DNA of 61,291 nucleotides from a bacterium (GCA_021842405.1 JAKBZR010000006.1:1-61291); one strand, 5' to 3'. Counted from the first letter of the stretch, positions 35,885 to 46,003 are shown. Numbers and translations are program-made. The notes: a model not told the origin generated them from the sequence alone.

Positions 35885-38557
35885 CTAAACGTCCTTCGTT
35901 CCAGCCACTTCCACGTTGGCTTGAGCCGCCGCCAGTCGGGCGATCGGTACTCGGAACGGCGAACAGCTCACGTAGTCCAGCCCGATGGAGTGGCAAAAAG
36001 CAACCGAGCTGGGTTCCCCGCCATGCTCACCGCAGATCCCGAGCTTGATATTGGGACGCACCTTGCGAGCTTGATCCACGCAGATTCGCATCAGCTTGCC
36101 AACTCCCACTTGATCCAGCACCTCAAACGGGTTGGCCGGCAAAATCCCCATCTCCACATACTTTTGGAGGAATTTGCCCTCCGCGTCATCGCGGGAAAAG
36201 CCGAAGGTGGTTTGAGTGAGATCATTGGTTCCAAACGAGAAGAACTCGGCATACTCCGCGATCTGGTCGCTTGTCAGTGCAGCGCGAGGGATTTCGATCA
36301 TGGTGCCGAACTTGTAATCGCATTTCACGTCACTTTCGGCCAAAACCTGCTTTGCCACCTTCTCCAGTTGATCGCGCAGCAGCTTCAGCTCGTTGACATG
36401 GCCGACCAGCGGGATCATAATCTCGGGGTGCACCTCTTGGCCCGCTTTAGCCAGTTTGCAGGCGGCCTGTAAAATGGCTCTCACCTGCATCTCAACGATC
36501 TCCGGAAACACAATCGAGAGGCGGCAGCCCCGCAACCCCAGCATCGGGTTCTGCTCCCGCATACCCTCCACCGCTGCCAAGAGCTGCTCCTTTTCTTTGA
36601 GGATTGATTTCAAAGCGTTGCCCTGCGTCATCGTGGAGACCAGCCTTAGCTCCACCACTTCCTGTAACAGCTCTTCAAAACGGGGCAGGAACTCATGAAG
36701 CGGCGGATCAATGAGCCGAATCGTGACCGGGCGTCCTTGCATAACGGCAAAAATCCCTTCGAAATCGGACTGTTGAACCGACAGCAGTTTGTTCAGCGCG
36801 CTGCGGCGCTCCGCTTCATTTTCAGCCAGGATCATATCGCGCACGATCGGCAGACGATCCTTTTCAAAGAACATATGCTCGGTGCGGCAAAGTCCGATCC
36901 CTTCCGCTCCAAATTCAAACGCTTTGGCGGCATCCTTCGGGTTATCGGCATTGGCGCGCACGCCGATGCGCCGTAACTGATCGGCCCACCCCAGCAAGGT
37001 CTCGAACTCTTTGGTGATCAGCGCTTCGACCAGTGGAGCCTTCCCCTGGATGACGTTTCCGGTTGAGCCATCAATGGAAATCCAATCCCCATCCCGTATC
37101 ACAACATCGCCAACCGTGATGGTGCGAGACTCCAGATTGACATCCAGCACCTCGCAACCGGCCACACACGGAATGCCAAATCCGCGTGCAACCACCGCCG
37201 CATGGCTGGTCATGCCGCCACGCGCAGTTAAAACTCCTTTGGCGGCCAACATCCCGTGAATATCGTCCGGCGTGGTTTCAGGACGAACTAAAATGACCGG
37301 CTCGGTTTCACCCCGCACCTTAGCGGTATCGGCATCAAACGCTGCTTTTCCGACCGCTGCGCCCGGTGATGCCGCCAACCCCTTGGCGAAAATATCGAGC
37401 TTTGCGTTCGGATCAAATTGGGGATGGAGAAGTTGATCTAGATCTTTGGGTCGCACGCGGTGGATTGCCTCATCCTTCGATATCAAACCCTCAGACACCA
37501 TATCCACTGCAATTTTCACCGCCGCCGCCGCCGTTCGCTTGCCGACCCGGCACTGCAACATAAAGAGACGGCCCTTTTCGATGGTGAACTCGATATCCAT
37601 CGCGTCACGATAATGCTTTTCCAGGCTGGTGGCGATCGTATCGAACTGCTTATAAATTTGAGGAGACTGCTCCTTGAGCCGAGCGATCGGAACCGGCGTC
37701 CTCACACCGGCAACCACATCCTCGCCCTGTGCGTTCATCAAGTACTCGCCGTACATCACCTTTTCGCCGGTGGCCATATTGCGGGTAAAGGCCACACCAG
37801 TACCCGAATCCTCGCCCATATTGCCGAACACCATGGATTGGACGTTGACCGCAGTGCCCAAGTTGTGCGGGATGTTTTCTTTCTCACGGTAGGTGATCGC
37901 GCGCGGATTATTCCAAGAGCGGAATACCGCCTCGATGGCGAGCTTGAGCTGCTCCATTGGATCGCCGGGAAAGCCATGGCCGGTTTCACGAAGCACCAAC
38001 GCCAGAAACTCACTGCAAATCTGTTTTAGGGACGATACCGGCAGCTCGGTGTCTTGCTTGACCCTCAGTTGCGCCTTGTGTTCATCGAAAATCTCATCGA
38101 ACATTTTTCGTTCGAGACCAAGCACGATGTTTGAAAACATCATAATGAAGCGGCGGTTTGCATCGTAGGCGAATCGCTCATTGTTGGTCTGGCGAATCAA
38201 ACTATGCAATGATTTTTCGTTCAAGCCAAGGTTTAAAACGGTGTCCATCATACCGGGCATGCTGAACTTAGCCCCGCTCCGCACCGATACCAGCAAGGGA
38301 TTATCGGGGTCGCCGAGACGCTTTCCCATCTTGCTCTCGATAACGTGCAGCTTTTCGGTTACCTCATCCATCAACCCATCCGGTAGCCGGCCGATCGCGC
38401 TATACTCGTTGCAGGCGACGGTGGTGATGGTAAAGCCGGCCGGTACCGGAAGCCCGATGTTCGTCATCTCGGCCAGGTTGGCTCCCTTACCGCCCAGTAA
38501 GTCGCGCATCGCTGCGTTGCCCTCTTCGAAGAGGTAGACGCGCTTAATGTCGCTCAT
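35885..38557 (-). CDS. ppdK: Pyruvate, phosphate dikinase
   Basis: It has VYLFEEGNAAMRDLLGGKGANLAEM at the N-terminus, a phosphohistidine region (GGMTSHAAVVARG) and a PEP-utilising C-terminal domain (FSFGTNDLTQ). Length is 890 aa. Confidence 0.97.
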   Translation of the reverse strand: MSDIKRVYLFEEGNAAMRDLLGGKGANLAEMTNIGLPVPAGFTITTVACNEYSAIGRLPDGLMDEVTEKLHVIESKMGKRLGDPDNPLLVSVRSGAKFSMPGMMDTVLNLGLNEKSLHSLIRQTNNERFAYDANRRFIMMFSNIVLGLERKMFDEIFDEHKAQLRVKQDTELPVSSLKQICSEFLALVLRETGHGFPGDPMEQLKLAIEAVFRSWNNPRAITYREKENIPHNLGTAVNVQSMVFGNMGEDSGTGVAFTRNMATGEKVMYGEYLMNAQGEDVVAGVRTPVPIARLKEQSPQIYKQFDTIATSLEKHYRDAMDIEFTIEKGRLFMLQCRVGKRTAAAAVKIAVDMVSEGLISKDEAIHRVRPKDLDQLLHPQFDPNAKLDIFAKGLAASPGAAVGKAAFDADTAKVRGETEPVILVRPETTPDDIHGMLAAKGVLTARGGMTSHAAVVARGFGIPCVAGCEVLDVNLESRTITVGDVVIRDGDWISIDGSTGNVIQGKAPLVEALITKEFETLLGWADQLRRIGVRANADNPKDAAKAFEFGAEGIGLCRTEHMFFEKDRLPIVRDMILAENEAERRSALNKLLSVQQSDFEGIFAVMQGRPVTIRLIDPPLHEFLPRFEELLQEVVELRLVSTMTQGNALKSILKEKEQLLAAVEGMREQNPMLGLRGCRLSIVFPEIVEMQVRAILQAACKLAKAGQEVHPEIMIPLVGHVNELKLLRDQLEKVAKQVLAESDVKCDYKFGTMIEIPRAALTSDQIAEYAEFFSFGTNDLTQTTFGFSRDDAEGKFLQKYVEMGILPANPFEVLDQVGVGKLMRICVDQARKVRPNIKLGICGEHGGEPSSVAFCHSIGLDYVSCSPFRVPIARLAAAQANVEVAGTKDV

Positions 38558-38797
38558 ACAAAACCTCCTTAAAGCCTTTCATCTCGATGCTGCTTGCCCA
38601 CCGTTTTAGAGTCATCTTGGCATCCGATGAAATGGCCACCAAAAATTTGATTGTAAGCTACACCCCGCAAAATCGTATTTTCACAAAATTGGAGAGGAGT
38701 GCAGTCTGAATCGGGGAAATGAAAGCCGCCTTCTGAGCGGCCGGCGGCATCGCACTTACCCTGAGAATTATACCTCAAACCATCACGCCTTCGGCCG

Positions 38798-38999
38798 AAA
38801 GAGTTCAGTTCTGCGGGAGTGATTTTCGTTCGACCCCACCCCAGCCCTCCCCGCAAGCGGGGAGGGGGAGGGAGTTTAGCGGCGGTGCTTTTATCTTGCC
38901 CCCCAGTCCCTCTTAATCCCCTCCCCCGTTTACGGGGGAGGGTTAGGGTGGGGGTGCACCCAATATGGTCGCAAATGATTCCCGCAAAACTGAGACATT
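38798..38999. mobile_element. MITE-A variant 1
   Basis: It is nearly identical to the copies at 16217 and 59628. The right end is degenerate (..CCCGCAAAACTGAGACATT), and no flank duplication is detectable. Confidence 0.8.
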
Positions 39000-39196
39000 A
39001 CCCCGCTTGGCAGTCCCTGGCCGATGTTCCACGACAATGCGCGCCACACCGGGTTAAGTCCTTATGTCGGCTCTCAGACCGGCAGCCTGAAGTGGAAGTT
39101 CCAAACGGGGGATGAAACAAGTCCTCACCGGCAATCGGTGCCGACGGCACCGTCTACTTTGGGTCAGAGGACGGTTACCTTTACGCCATCAAATAG
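39000..39196 (+). pseudogene. Remnant of a PQQ-like/BamB-like beta-propeller repeat protein: 5'-truncated, frameshifted, prematurely stopped
   Basis: Frame 0 reads ..SPWPMFHDNARHTGLSPYVGSQTGSLKWKFQTGDE. After a frame change near 39111-39122 it continues KSSPAIGADGTVYFGSEDGYLYAIK and then a stop. The signal-peptide region is replaced by the MITE. Confidence 0.6.
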
Positions 39197-39342
39197 AGGG
39201 TGCTTGAGCCTGTACCAAATTAGGGGGGAAGTTGACGGTAGGGTGGATTTAGGCAGCGCCCCCCCAATTCGGTCATATACCGGATTGGGTATCCAGCCAA
39301 AAATCGGAACTTTCAGACCCGCGAGTGCGGCAATTCGCCAGC

Positions 39343-39371
39343 TTGACTTTGAGCCGTTTTCGGCCTATAAT
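39343..39371 (+). promoter_or_regulatory. Sigma70-type promoter for glmU-prs-pth
   Basis: TTGACT (39343-39348), a 17-nt spacer, then TATAAT (39366-39371), about 70 nt upstream of the glmU TTG start. Confidence 0.6.
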
Positions 39372-39444
39372 GAATCATCTCAATCAACCACACAGCGATA
39401 TCTTGCTCTCAGGATTGAATTCTGATTATAAGGTGTAACTGTCT

Positions 39445-40887
39445 TTGCCCGATCAACCAATCCCGTGCGCAGCCATCATTCTGGCGGCCGGAAAATCAAC
39501 CCGGATGCGGTCACGCCTGCCAAAGGCCATCCATCCAATTTGTGGGGTTCCGCTCACCTACCATCTCGTTCAGGCATGCCGACAGGCCGGCATCGAGCGG
39601 GTTATCGTGGTGATCGGGCATCAGGGTGATCTAGTTCGGGACAGCCTCGGCAATCAAATCGAATATGCGGTTCAGGCTGAGCAGCGCGGAACCGGCGATG
39701 CGGTGAAATCGGCGCTGCCCCTGCTCAATGAATTCGAAGGGCAGATTATGGCAATGGTTGGTGACATGCCACTACTGCGGGCCGAAACGATAATGAAGGC
39801 ACGCCGCTTACAGACAAGCACCGGCGCCGCCCTTGCGATGCTCTCCGCAATCAGTCCCGACGCTCAGACCTACGGCCGTGTCATACGCGGTGAAGACGGG
39901 CGTATCCTAAAAATCGTTGAGTACAAGGACGCCACCGAGCAGGAGCGTAAAATCCAGGAGTGGAATCCTTCGATCTACTGCTTCCAAGATGCCGCGCTCA
40001 GGAAAGGAATCCATCATCTACAATGCGATAACGTACAGGGCGAATACTACCTGACCGATATTGTGGAGATTTTAAGCCGGATGGGAGAGCGGGTGGAAGC
40101 GGTTCCAGTTTCAGATTCCGATGAGGTGATAAGCATTAATAACCGGTTGGACATGGCGGTTGCAAACCGTATTATGCGGCAGCGGATCCTAGAGCGATGG
40201 ATGATTGAAGGGGTCACCATTGTGGATCCCGCCGCAACTTACGTGGATGCCGGGGTTGAAATCGGCTGTGATACGGTGCTGGAGCCAGGTACGATATTAC
40301 AGGGCGGCGCTCGAGTGGGCGAAAATTGCCGGTTGGGTCCGAACACCCGCATTGTTGATAGCGTGATTGGAGACGGGGTTACCGTCGCCTATTCACAAAT
40401 CATCGAGAGCGTGGTAGGCCCCAATTGCAAAATCGGGCCATTCGCTCATTTGCGACCGAAGAGCTGCCTGGGCGCCAACGTTAAAATCGGTGACTTCGTA
40501 GAGCTCAAAGCGGCGAGGTTGGAGGATAATGTATCCGCATCGCATCTTGCTTATCTGGGAGATGCCGAAATCGGCCAGAATACCAATATCGGAGCCGGCG
40601 TCATCACGTGCAATTATGACGGCCGGAAGAAACATCGGACAACCATCGGCAAGCATGCGTTCATCGGGACCGACAGCGCGCTGATCGCACCGATTACAAT
40701 CGGTGATGGAGCGTTTATCGCAGCCGGCTCCACGATAACAGATGATGTCCCGCCCGATGCGTTGGGCATTGCGCGCGCCCGCCAAGTAACCAAACGGAAC
40801 TGGGTGCGGGAGCGGAGAGAAAAAATCGAACCCGATCAACAAAAAGAGAAGGGAGAAGATACCAACGATCACACCGGAGAACCATAA
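39445..40887 (+). CDS. glmU: Bifunctional UDP-N-acetylglucosamine pyrophosphorylase / glucosamine-1-phosphate N-acetyltransferase
   Basis: It has ILAAGKSTRMRS..LPKAIHP at the N-terminus and C-terminal left-handed beta-helix hexapeptide repeats. The start is TTG. Confidence 0.95.
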   Translation: MPDQPIPCAAIILAAGKSTRMRSRLPKAIHPICGVPLTYHLVQACRQAGIERVIVVIGHQGDLVRDSLGNQIEYAVQAEQRGTGDAVKSALPLLNEFEGQIMAMVGDMPLLRAETIMKARRLQTSTGAALAMLSAISPDAQTYGRVIRGEDGRILKIVEYKDATEQERKIQEWNPSIYCFQDAALRKGIHHLQCDNVQGEYYLTDIVEILSRMGERVEAVPVSDSDEVISINNRLDMAVANRIMRQRILERWMIEGVTIVDPAATYVDAGVEIGCDTVLEPGTILQGGARVGENCRLGPNTRIVDSVIGDGVTVAYSQIIESVVGPNCKIGPFAHLRPKSCLGANVKIGDFVELKAARLEDNVSASHLAYLGDAEIGQNTNIGAGVITCNYDGRKKHRTTIGKHAFIGTDSALIAPITIGDGAFIAAGSTITDDVPPDALGIARARQVTKRNWVRERREKIEPDQQKEKGEDTNDHTGEP

Positions 40888-41837
40888 TGAGTAAGATGCG
40901 CATTTTTACCGGAAACGCGAATCCTAAGCTGGCCGAAAAGATTGCGGCTGAACTTTCAGTGGATCTGGGTCGAATTAAGGTCACCCATTTCTCGGATGGA
41001 GAAATTTGCGTCAAAATTGAGGAAAGCGTCAGAGGGGAAGATGTCTTTTTAATCCAGCCGACCTGCTGGCCCGTCAACGATAACCTGATGGAGCTGCTTA
41101 TCATGCTGGATGCTTTCAGGCGGGCCTCGGCAAGACGCATCACGGTCGTTTTACCCTATTACGGTTATGCCCGCCAGGATAAGAAGATCAAGCCCCGTGA
41201 ACCGGTTACCGCCCGACTCATCGCCGACCTGGTCAGCGTGGCCGGCGCCAGCCGCGTGCTTTGCGTGGATCTCCATGCCGGTCAGATACAGGGCTTTTTC
41301 GACCTGCCGGTGGATCATCTCTACGCCGGTCCGCTCATTGCCGACTACCTCGCCAAACAAAACCTGGCTGACGGGAGCACGGTTGTTGTGTCACCCGATG
41401 TGGGTGGAGTGCCGCGCGCCCGCGCATTGGCCGAACACCTTGGCACACCGATTGCGATTATTGCTAAACGGCGGCCGGAGCCGAACCACGTCGAAATAAT
41501 GGAGATTATCGGCGACGTATCGGGCCACACCTGTATTATGATTGATGACATGATTGATACCGGCGGCTCCATCGTGCAGGGCGCCCAGGCCCTTTTCGAG
41601 CGGGGAGCGAAGGCGGTCTACGCCTGCTGCACCCACGGTGTGCTGTCCAGTGACGCAATCGAGCGGGTCGCCGATTCGGTGATCAAGGAGCTGGTCATTA
41701 CCGATACCATCCCGCTGGCCGATTCGAAGCGGCACCCCAAGCTAACCGTCCTGTCCGTCGCCGGCCTGCTTGCCGATGCCATTCGCCGCATCCATAATGA
41801 CGATTCGGTCAGCGTGCTGTTTCAGGGTTACATTTGA
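40887..41837 (+). CDS. prs: Ribose-phosphate pyrophosphokinase
   Basis: It has IFTGNANPKLAEKIA, YYGYARQDKK and the PRPP-binding loop DDMIDTGGS. Confidence 0.96.
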   Translation: MSKMRIFTGNANPKLAEKIAAELSVDLGRIKVTHFSDGEICVKIEESVRGEDVFLIQPTCWPVNDNLMELLIMLDAFRRASARRITVVLPYYGYARQDKKIKPREPVTARLIADLVSVAGASRVLCVDLHAGQIQGFFDLPVDHLYAGPLIADYLAKQNLADGSTVVVSPDVGGVPRARALAEHLGTPIAIIAKRRPEPNHVEIMEIIGDVSGHTCIMIDDMIDTGGSIVQGAQALFERGAKAVYACCTHGVLSSDAIERVADSVIKELVITDTIPLADSKRHPKLTVLSVAGLLADAIRRIHNDDSVSVLFQGYI

Positions 41838-42445
41838 GGATATTCCCTCACTTTCGCCGCCGCCCACCATCAAACTGCCCTCCTCCATCGCGCCTCATCG
41901 TGGGGCTGGGTAATCCCGGCCCCGAATACGCCGACACTCGTCACAATATCGGCTGGAGAGTGATCGAACATCTCGGGCGGCGGCTCCAAATTACGATCAA
42001 TCGCCCGGAATGCCGCGGGTTAGTCGGGATCGGCCCATGCAAGGGTGAAATGGTGGTGCTGCTGAAGCCGCTGACCTACATGAACCGATCCGGCATTTCC
42101 GTTATGGAAGCCTTGCGCCGTTATCAGCTCACTTCCGCGCAACTTATCGTCGTTTGTGACGACATCTACCTTCCATTAGGTAAACTAAGATTAAGATTCA
42201 AGGGTAGCGCTGCCGGTCATAACGGGCTGGGATCGGTGCTGGAATCGCTGGGCACCGATGAAGTCGCGCGCTTGCGAATCGGCGTGGGCGAAGCGCCGCC
42301 CGGCCAGACTCGTGATTACGTGTTGAGCCGCTTCGAGCCGAAGGAAGAATCAACGGTTAATGAGGCAATGGACCGAGCGTCCGAAGCTTTGGTCGTTGCA
42401 ATCCAGAACGGGTTTGAGGCGGCGATGCAGCGCTTCAATCGTTGA
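41834..42445 (+). CDS. pth: Peptidyl-tRNA hydrolase
   Basis: It has LIVGLGNPGPEYADTRHNIGW and GHNGLGS motifs. The start overlaps the prs stop. Confidence 0.93.
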   Translation: MRIFPHFRRRPPSNCPPPSRLIVGLGNPGPEYADTRHNIGWRVIEHLGRRLQITINRPECRGLVGIGPCKGEMVVLLKPLTYMNRSGISVMEALRRYQLTSAQLIVVCDDIYLPLGKLRLRFKGSAAGHNGLGSVLESLGTDEVARLRIGVGEAPPGQTRDYVLSRFEPKEESTVNEAMDRASEALVVAIQNGFEAAMQRFNR

Positions 42446-42532
42446 GTTGCAAGAAATCGAGATGTGGCGTATATATAAGGGGGAAAGAATCGGGCTGCAA
42501 CCCGTTCTCGAAAAGAAGGAAAGAATCAGGCT

Positions 42533-43126
42533 ATGGCTGTCGTAACCACACCAATCAAACAGAAAGAGCGCGTCGGGCAGGCGTTACCGATACCGGTTCC
42601 GCCAGAGTTGTCTTACCTATGGCAACGAAACCCGGAAATCGTCAAGTACGGGGATCCGGTTCTGCGGCAAGTTGCACGGCCGGTTCCTAAATTCACCCGA
42701 GAGATCGCTCAACTCATCGAGCGGATGGGCCGGATTATGCGGGCCGCGCCGGGCGTCGGTTTGGCCGCACCGCAGATCGGTGTGCTGCAGCGGGTGATCG
42801 TGTATCAACTCCCGGAAGAAGGAAGCGTTCTCCACGCGCTCGTCAACCCCAAAATTATATCCAGATCGGGCGAGCAGATCGGGCCGGAAGGTTGCCTCTC
42901 CATTCCGGCGCTGCAAGGCGACGTGCCACGCGCGAAGGAGATTGTGGTGAAGGGATTGGATCAGCACGGTCGAGCCGTTCGCCGCCGCGCCGCCGATTTT
43001 GAGGCGCGGGTCATCCAGCATGAGATTGATCACCTGGACGGCATCCTTTTCATTGATACCGTTTTGCCGGAGACGCTCCATTTCCTCTTCCCCGACGATG
43101 AATCGAGCCAATTACCGGTGGAATAG
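42533..43126 (+). CDS. def: Peptide deformylase
   Basis: It has GVGLAAPQIG, EGCLSIP and QHEIDHLDG motifs. The N-terminus is about 30 aa longer than usual, so an internal alternative start is possible. Confidence 0.92.
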   Translation: MAVVTTPIKQKERVGQALPIPVPPELSYLWQRNPEIVKYGDPVLRQVARPVPKFTREIAQLIERMGRIMRAAPGVGLAAPQIGVLQRVIVYQLPEEGSVLHALVNPKIISRSGEQIGPEGCLSIPALQGDVPRAKEIVVKGLDQHGRAVRRRAADFEARVIQHEIDHLDGILFIDTVLPETLHFLFPDDESSQLPVE

Positions 43127-43165
43127 CCAGCAGTAAAAGAATTACTATCCGTGGAGATTTGATCT

Positions 43166-43732
43166 ATGAACACCACCACGAAAACCGGCATGAGTTATAG
43201 CGATCTTACACATCTACCCGAGGACAACAAACGCCATGAGTTGATAGATGGAGAACATATAATGACCCCTTCGCCGAACATTCCTCATCAACGAGCGACT
43301 GGTAATTTGTACATCCGCCTGTATACTTTCGTTTCTGAAAATCGGTTAGGTGAAATCTTTATTGCGCCTCTTGATGTGGTTTTTTCTCCCTATGATGTGG
43401 TGGAACCCGATATCCTTTTCATTTCGAATGAGCGAGTTGGTATCCTGACTTTGAACAACGTGCAGGGGGCGCCCGATCTGGTTGTGGAGGTCATTTCGCC
43501 GAACACCGAGAGCATAGACCGCCAAGCGAAGTTCCAGCTCTATGAGAGATGCGGCGTTTCGGAATACTGGATCGTGGATCCATCTGAGAGGGTGGTTGAT
43601 GTGTACGGGCTGGCGGCGGGTTCGCGCTATGAGACGATCGGGCGTTTTGCCGGCGCGGAGATGATTCAGTCAAGAGCGTTGAGCGGTTTTAGTTGTCGGG
43701 CGGAAGAGGTGTTTGGCCAGGAGATAGAATAA
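43166..43732 (+). CDS. Uma2 family putative endonuclease (tandem copy 1)
   Basis: It has HELIDGEHIMTPSPN, EPDILFISNER, GAPDLVVEVISP and EYWIVDP motifs. Confidence 0.9.
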   Translation: MNTTTKTGMSYSDLTHLPEDNKRHELIDGEHIMTPSPNIPHQRATGNLYIRLYTFVSENRLGEIFIAPLDVVFSPYDVVEPDILFISNERVGILTLNNVQGAPDLVVEVISPNTESIDRQAKFQLYERCGVSEYWIVDPSERVVDVYGLAAGSRYETIGRFAGAEMIQSRALSGFSCRAEEVFGQEIE

Positions 43733-43779
43733 GAGGGTGGATTGGCTTCCGGCGCACAATCTGGGAAGGAGCATCGCCA

Positions 43780-44334
43780 ATGAGCGCAGTCACGAAGATC
43801 AGGCTTGATTACAACGATCTCCAGCATTTTCCTGATGATGGTAAGCGACACGAGCTGATAGATGGAGACCATATAATGACGCCTTCGCCTAACACCGCCC
43901 ACCAATGGGCTTCAGGCAATCTTTTTGCCTTGTTACACGCAAATATTTCGAGGCGTAATTTGGGTCGTGTATTTGCAGCCCCGTTTGATGTGGTTTTTTC
44001 TCCTTATGATGTGGTGGAACCTGATATCCTTTTCATTTCGAATGAGCGAGTTGGTATCCTGACTTTGAACAACGTGCAGGGGGCGCCCGACCTGGTTGTG
44101 GAGGTGATCTCTCCAAATACCGAAACGGTAGATCGGCAAGAAAAATTTCATCTCTATGAGAAGTTCGGCGTGCTGGAATACTGGATCGTGGATCCATCTG
44201 CTGAAACGGCCGAAGTTTACAGCTTGCACGATCAACATTTTATATCACTAGGGCGATTTTCCGGTGATGAGACCATCCAGTCAAGAGTTTTGAGCGGCTT
44301 TGAATGCCGTATCAGTGAGGTTTTTGGCCAGTGA
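43780..44334 (+). CDS. Uma2 family putative endonuclease (tandem copy 2)
   Basis: It has the same motifs as copy 1. The likely start is the ATG at 43780 (MSAVTKIRLDYNDL..), which aligns with the copy 1 N-terminus. Confidence 0.9.
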   Translation: MSAVTKIRLDYNDLQHFPDDGKRHELIDGDHIMTPSPNTAHQWASGNLFALLHANISRRNLGRVFAAPFDVVFSPYDVVEPDILFISNERVGILTLNNVQGAPDLVVEVISPNTETVDRQEKFHLYEKFGVLEYWIVDPSAETAEVYSLHDQHFISLGRFSGDETIQSRVLSGFECRISEVFGQ

Positions 44335-44430
44335 GTTGGGATTAATTCGCATCGAATTGTTAAAAGAATTGGGGCTTAATAAGGGCAACATCCTTCTCCG
44401 GCCCAATAAACAGCAATCAAGGACAATTTC

Positions 44431-45207
44431 ATGGTTGAAAATTCGGATCGCGGCCTGCTTTCGGTTGTAATTCCGGCATACAACGAAGAATCCCGTATCG
44501 GAGGCACGCTGGATCGGATGCTGGAATACTTCAATTCCCAGTCATATCCGGTGGAGATCATAATTGTGGATGATGGCAGCAGTGACTCCACGACCCAGGT
44601 GGTAACCGATAAATCGAAAGAGAACGCCATCATTAAAAGTGAGCGGTATACGCCCAACCGAGGTAAAGGTCATGCTGTTCGGCATGGAATGATGCTTGCC
44701 CGCGGTGATTTCATTCTCTTCTCGGATGCCGATTTGGCGACCCCGATCGAAGAGGTCGAGAAGCTTTTTCAAGCTTTGGAAGAGGGAGCCGACATCGCGA
44801 TCGGTTCCCGTGACATACCAGGCGCCCAACTTGTTCGCCGCCAATCTTTTTTGCGGGAAGCCGGTGGTAAAATCTTCAATCGCTTCGTCCAGTTCCTGGC
44901 GGTGCCCGGTATTCACGACACCCAGTGCGGCTTTAAGTTGTTTCGGCGCCATGCGGCACGAAACATCTTCAGCCGCAGCCAGGTTGACAACTTCTCCTTC
45001 GATGTGGAAGCGCTCTATATCGGCCGCAGGCTGGGTTATCACATCGTGGAATCGCCGGTGCGCTGGGCACATCAGGAAGGATCTAAAGTTCGATTTGTCC
45101 GGGATGCCTGGCGGATGCTGATGACCCTGTTGCTCATCCGGCGCAGCGATTACCGACTGACCGACGCAACCCTAGGTGTCTCCCCTTCAATCGGACATGA
45201 AAACTGA
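44431..45207 (+). CDS. Glycosyltransferase family 2 (polyprenyl-phosphate glycosyltransferase-like)
   Basis: It has SVVIPAYNEE, IIVDDGSSDST, FSDADL and a GT-A fold. Confidence 0.9.
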   Translation: MVENSDRGLLSVVIPAYNEESRIGGTLDRMLEYFNSQSYPVEIIIVDDGSSDSTTQVVTDKSKENAIIKSERYTPNRGKGHAVRHGMMLARGDFILFSDADLATPIEEVEKLFQALEEGADIAIGSRDIPGAQLVRRQSFLREAGGKIFNRFVQFLAVPGIHDTQCGFKLFRRHAARNIFSRSQVDNFSFDVEALYIGRRLGYHIVESPVRWAHQEGSKVRFVRDAWRMLMTLLLIRRSDYRLTDATLGVSPSIGHEN

Positions 45208-46003
45208 AGAGTACGAGCGGATGTTCAATCTGGAGGACCACTACTGGTGGTTCGTCGGGCGCCACCGCCTGGTTGAAGGGTACATCCGCGCTGAATTCGG
45301 GAACCGGTCCGACTTAACGATCCTCGATTTGGGCTGTGGCACCGGCGCTATGTCAAAAATCCTAACCCGTTGGGGTACCGTCATCTCCTCCGACTACTCT
45401 GATTGTGCGCTAAACTTTTGCCGGCGGCGTGGCAACTTACACCTGTGTGCGGCCGATGCGGCGAGAGCTCCCTTCCAGAGCAGCCGTTTCGACCTGATTA
45501 TCGCGTTGGATATACTCGAGCACCTGCCCGATGATGCGGCTGCCTTAAAAGAAATCGCACGCCTGTTAAAGCCGAACGGAGTTTTAATGGCCACCGTCCC
45601 CGCCTATTCGAAGCTATGGAGCGGACATGATGTGGCCCTGATGCACTACCGTCGCTATTGCGCGTCAGAAGTCCGAAAGAGAGTGATCGAGGCCGGCTTG
45701 ACGGTTGAAAAGCTGACCTATACGATGACGATCTTGTTTCCGCTGGTCTGGTTTTTCCGCCGTCTATTGGGTAGAAAGGGCCCGCCGCGCGCAACACTCG
45801 TGATGGCGCCCCGATTACTGAACAATTTGCTGACGGGGCTTCTGGCGGTGGAAAACGCAGCCACCCATTGGGTCACGTTACCGTTTGGGGTTACCGTTTT
45901 CTGTGTCGCCCGGCGACCGATCCCGGCGGTGGAAAAGGCGGTCGTCCATCAGACCGGAACAACCGCCATTTCAGCCGCCAAGATTAATCAACCTTCCTGT
46001 TAA
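45197..46003 (+). CDS. Class I SAM-dependent methyltransferase
   Basis: It has the motif I sequence ILDLGCGTGAM and LKPNGVLM. The ATG at 45197 overlaps the end of the GT2 gene. Confidence 0.85.
   Translation: MKTEEYERMFNLEDHYWWFVGRHRLVEGYIRAEFGNRSDLTILDLGCGTGAMSKILTRWGTVISSDYSDCALNFCRRRGNLHLCAADAARAPFQSSRFDLIIALDILEHLPDDAAALKEIARLLKPNGVLMATVPAYSKLWSGHDVALMHYRRYCASEVRKRVIEAGLTVEKLTYTMTILFPLVWFFRRLLGRKGPPRATLVMAPRLLNNLLTGLLAVENAATHWVTLPFGVTVFCVARRPIPAVEKAVVHQTGTTAISAAKINQPSC

Noticed and set aside
38725-38748. A hairpin (GCCGCC..GGCGGC) followed by UUUCAUUU in the ppdK 5' region, as a possible attenuator or riboswitch terminator.
   Set aside because: The stem is only 6 bp with a 12-nt loop and a weak U-tract. 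I could not define a convincing promoter (a TATAAT at 38767-38772 has no -35 element) or any known leader motif.
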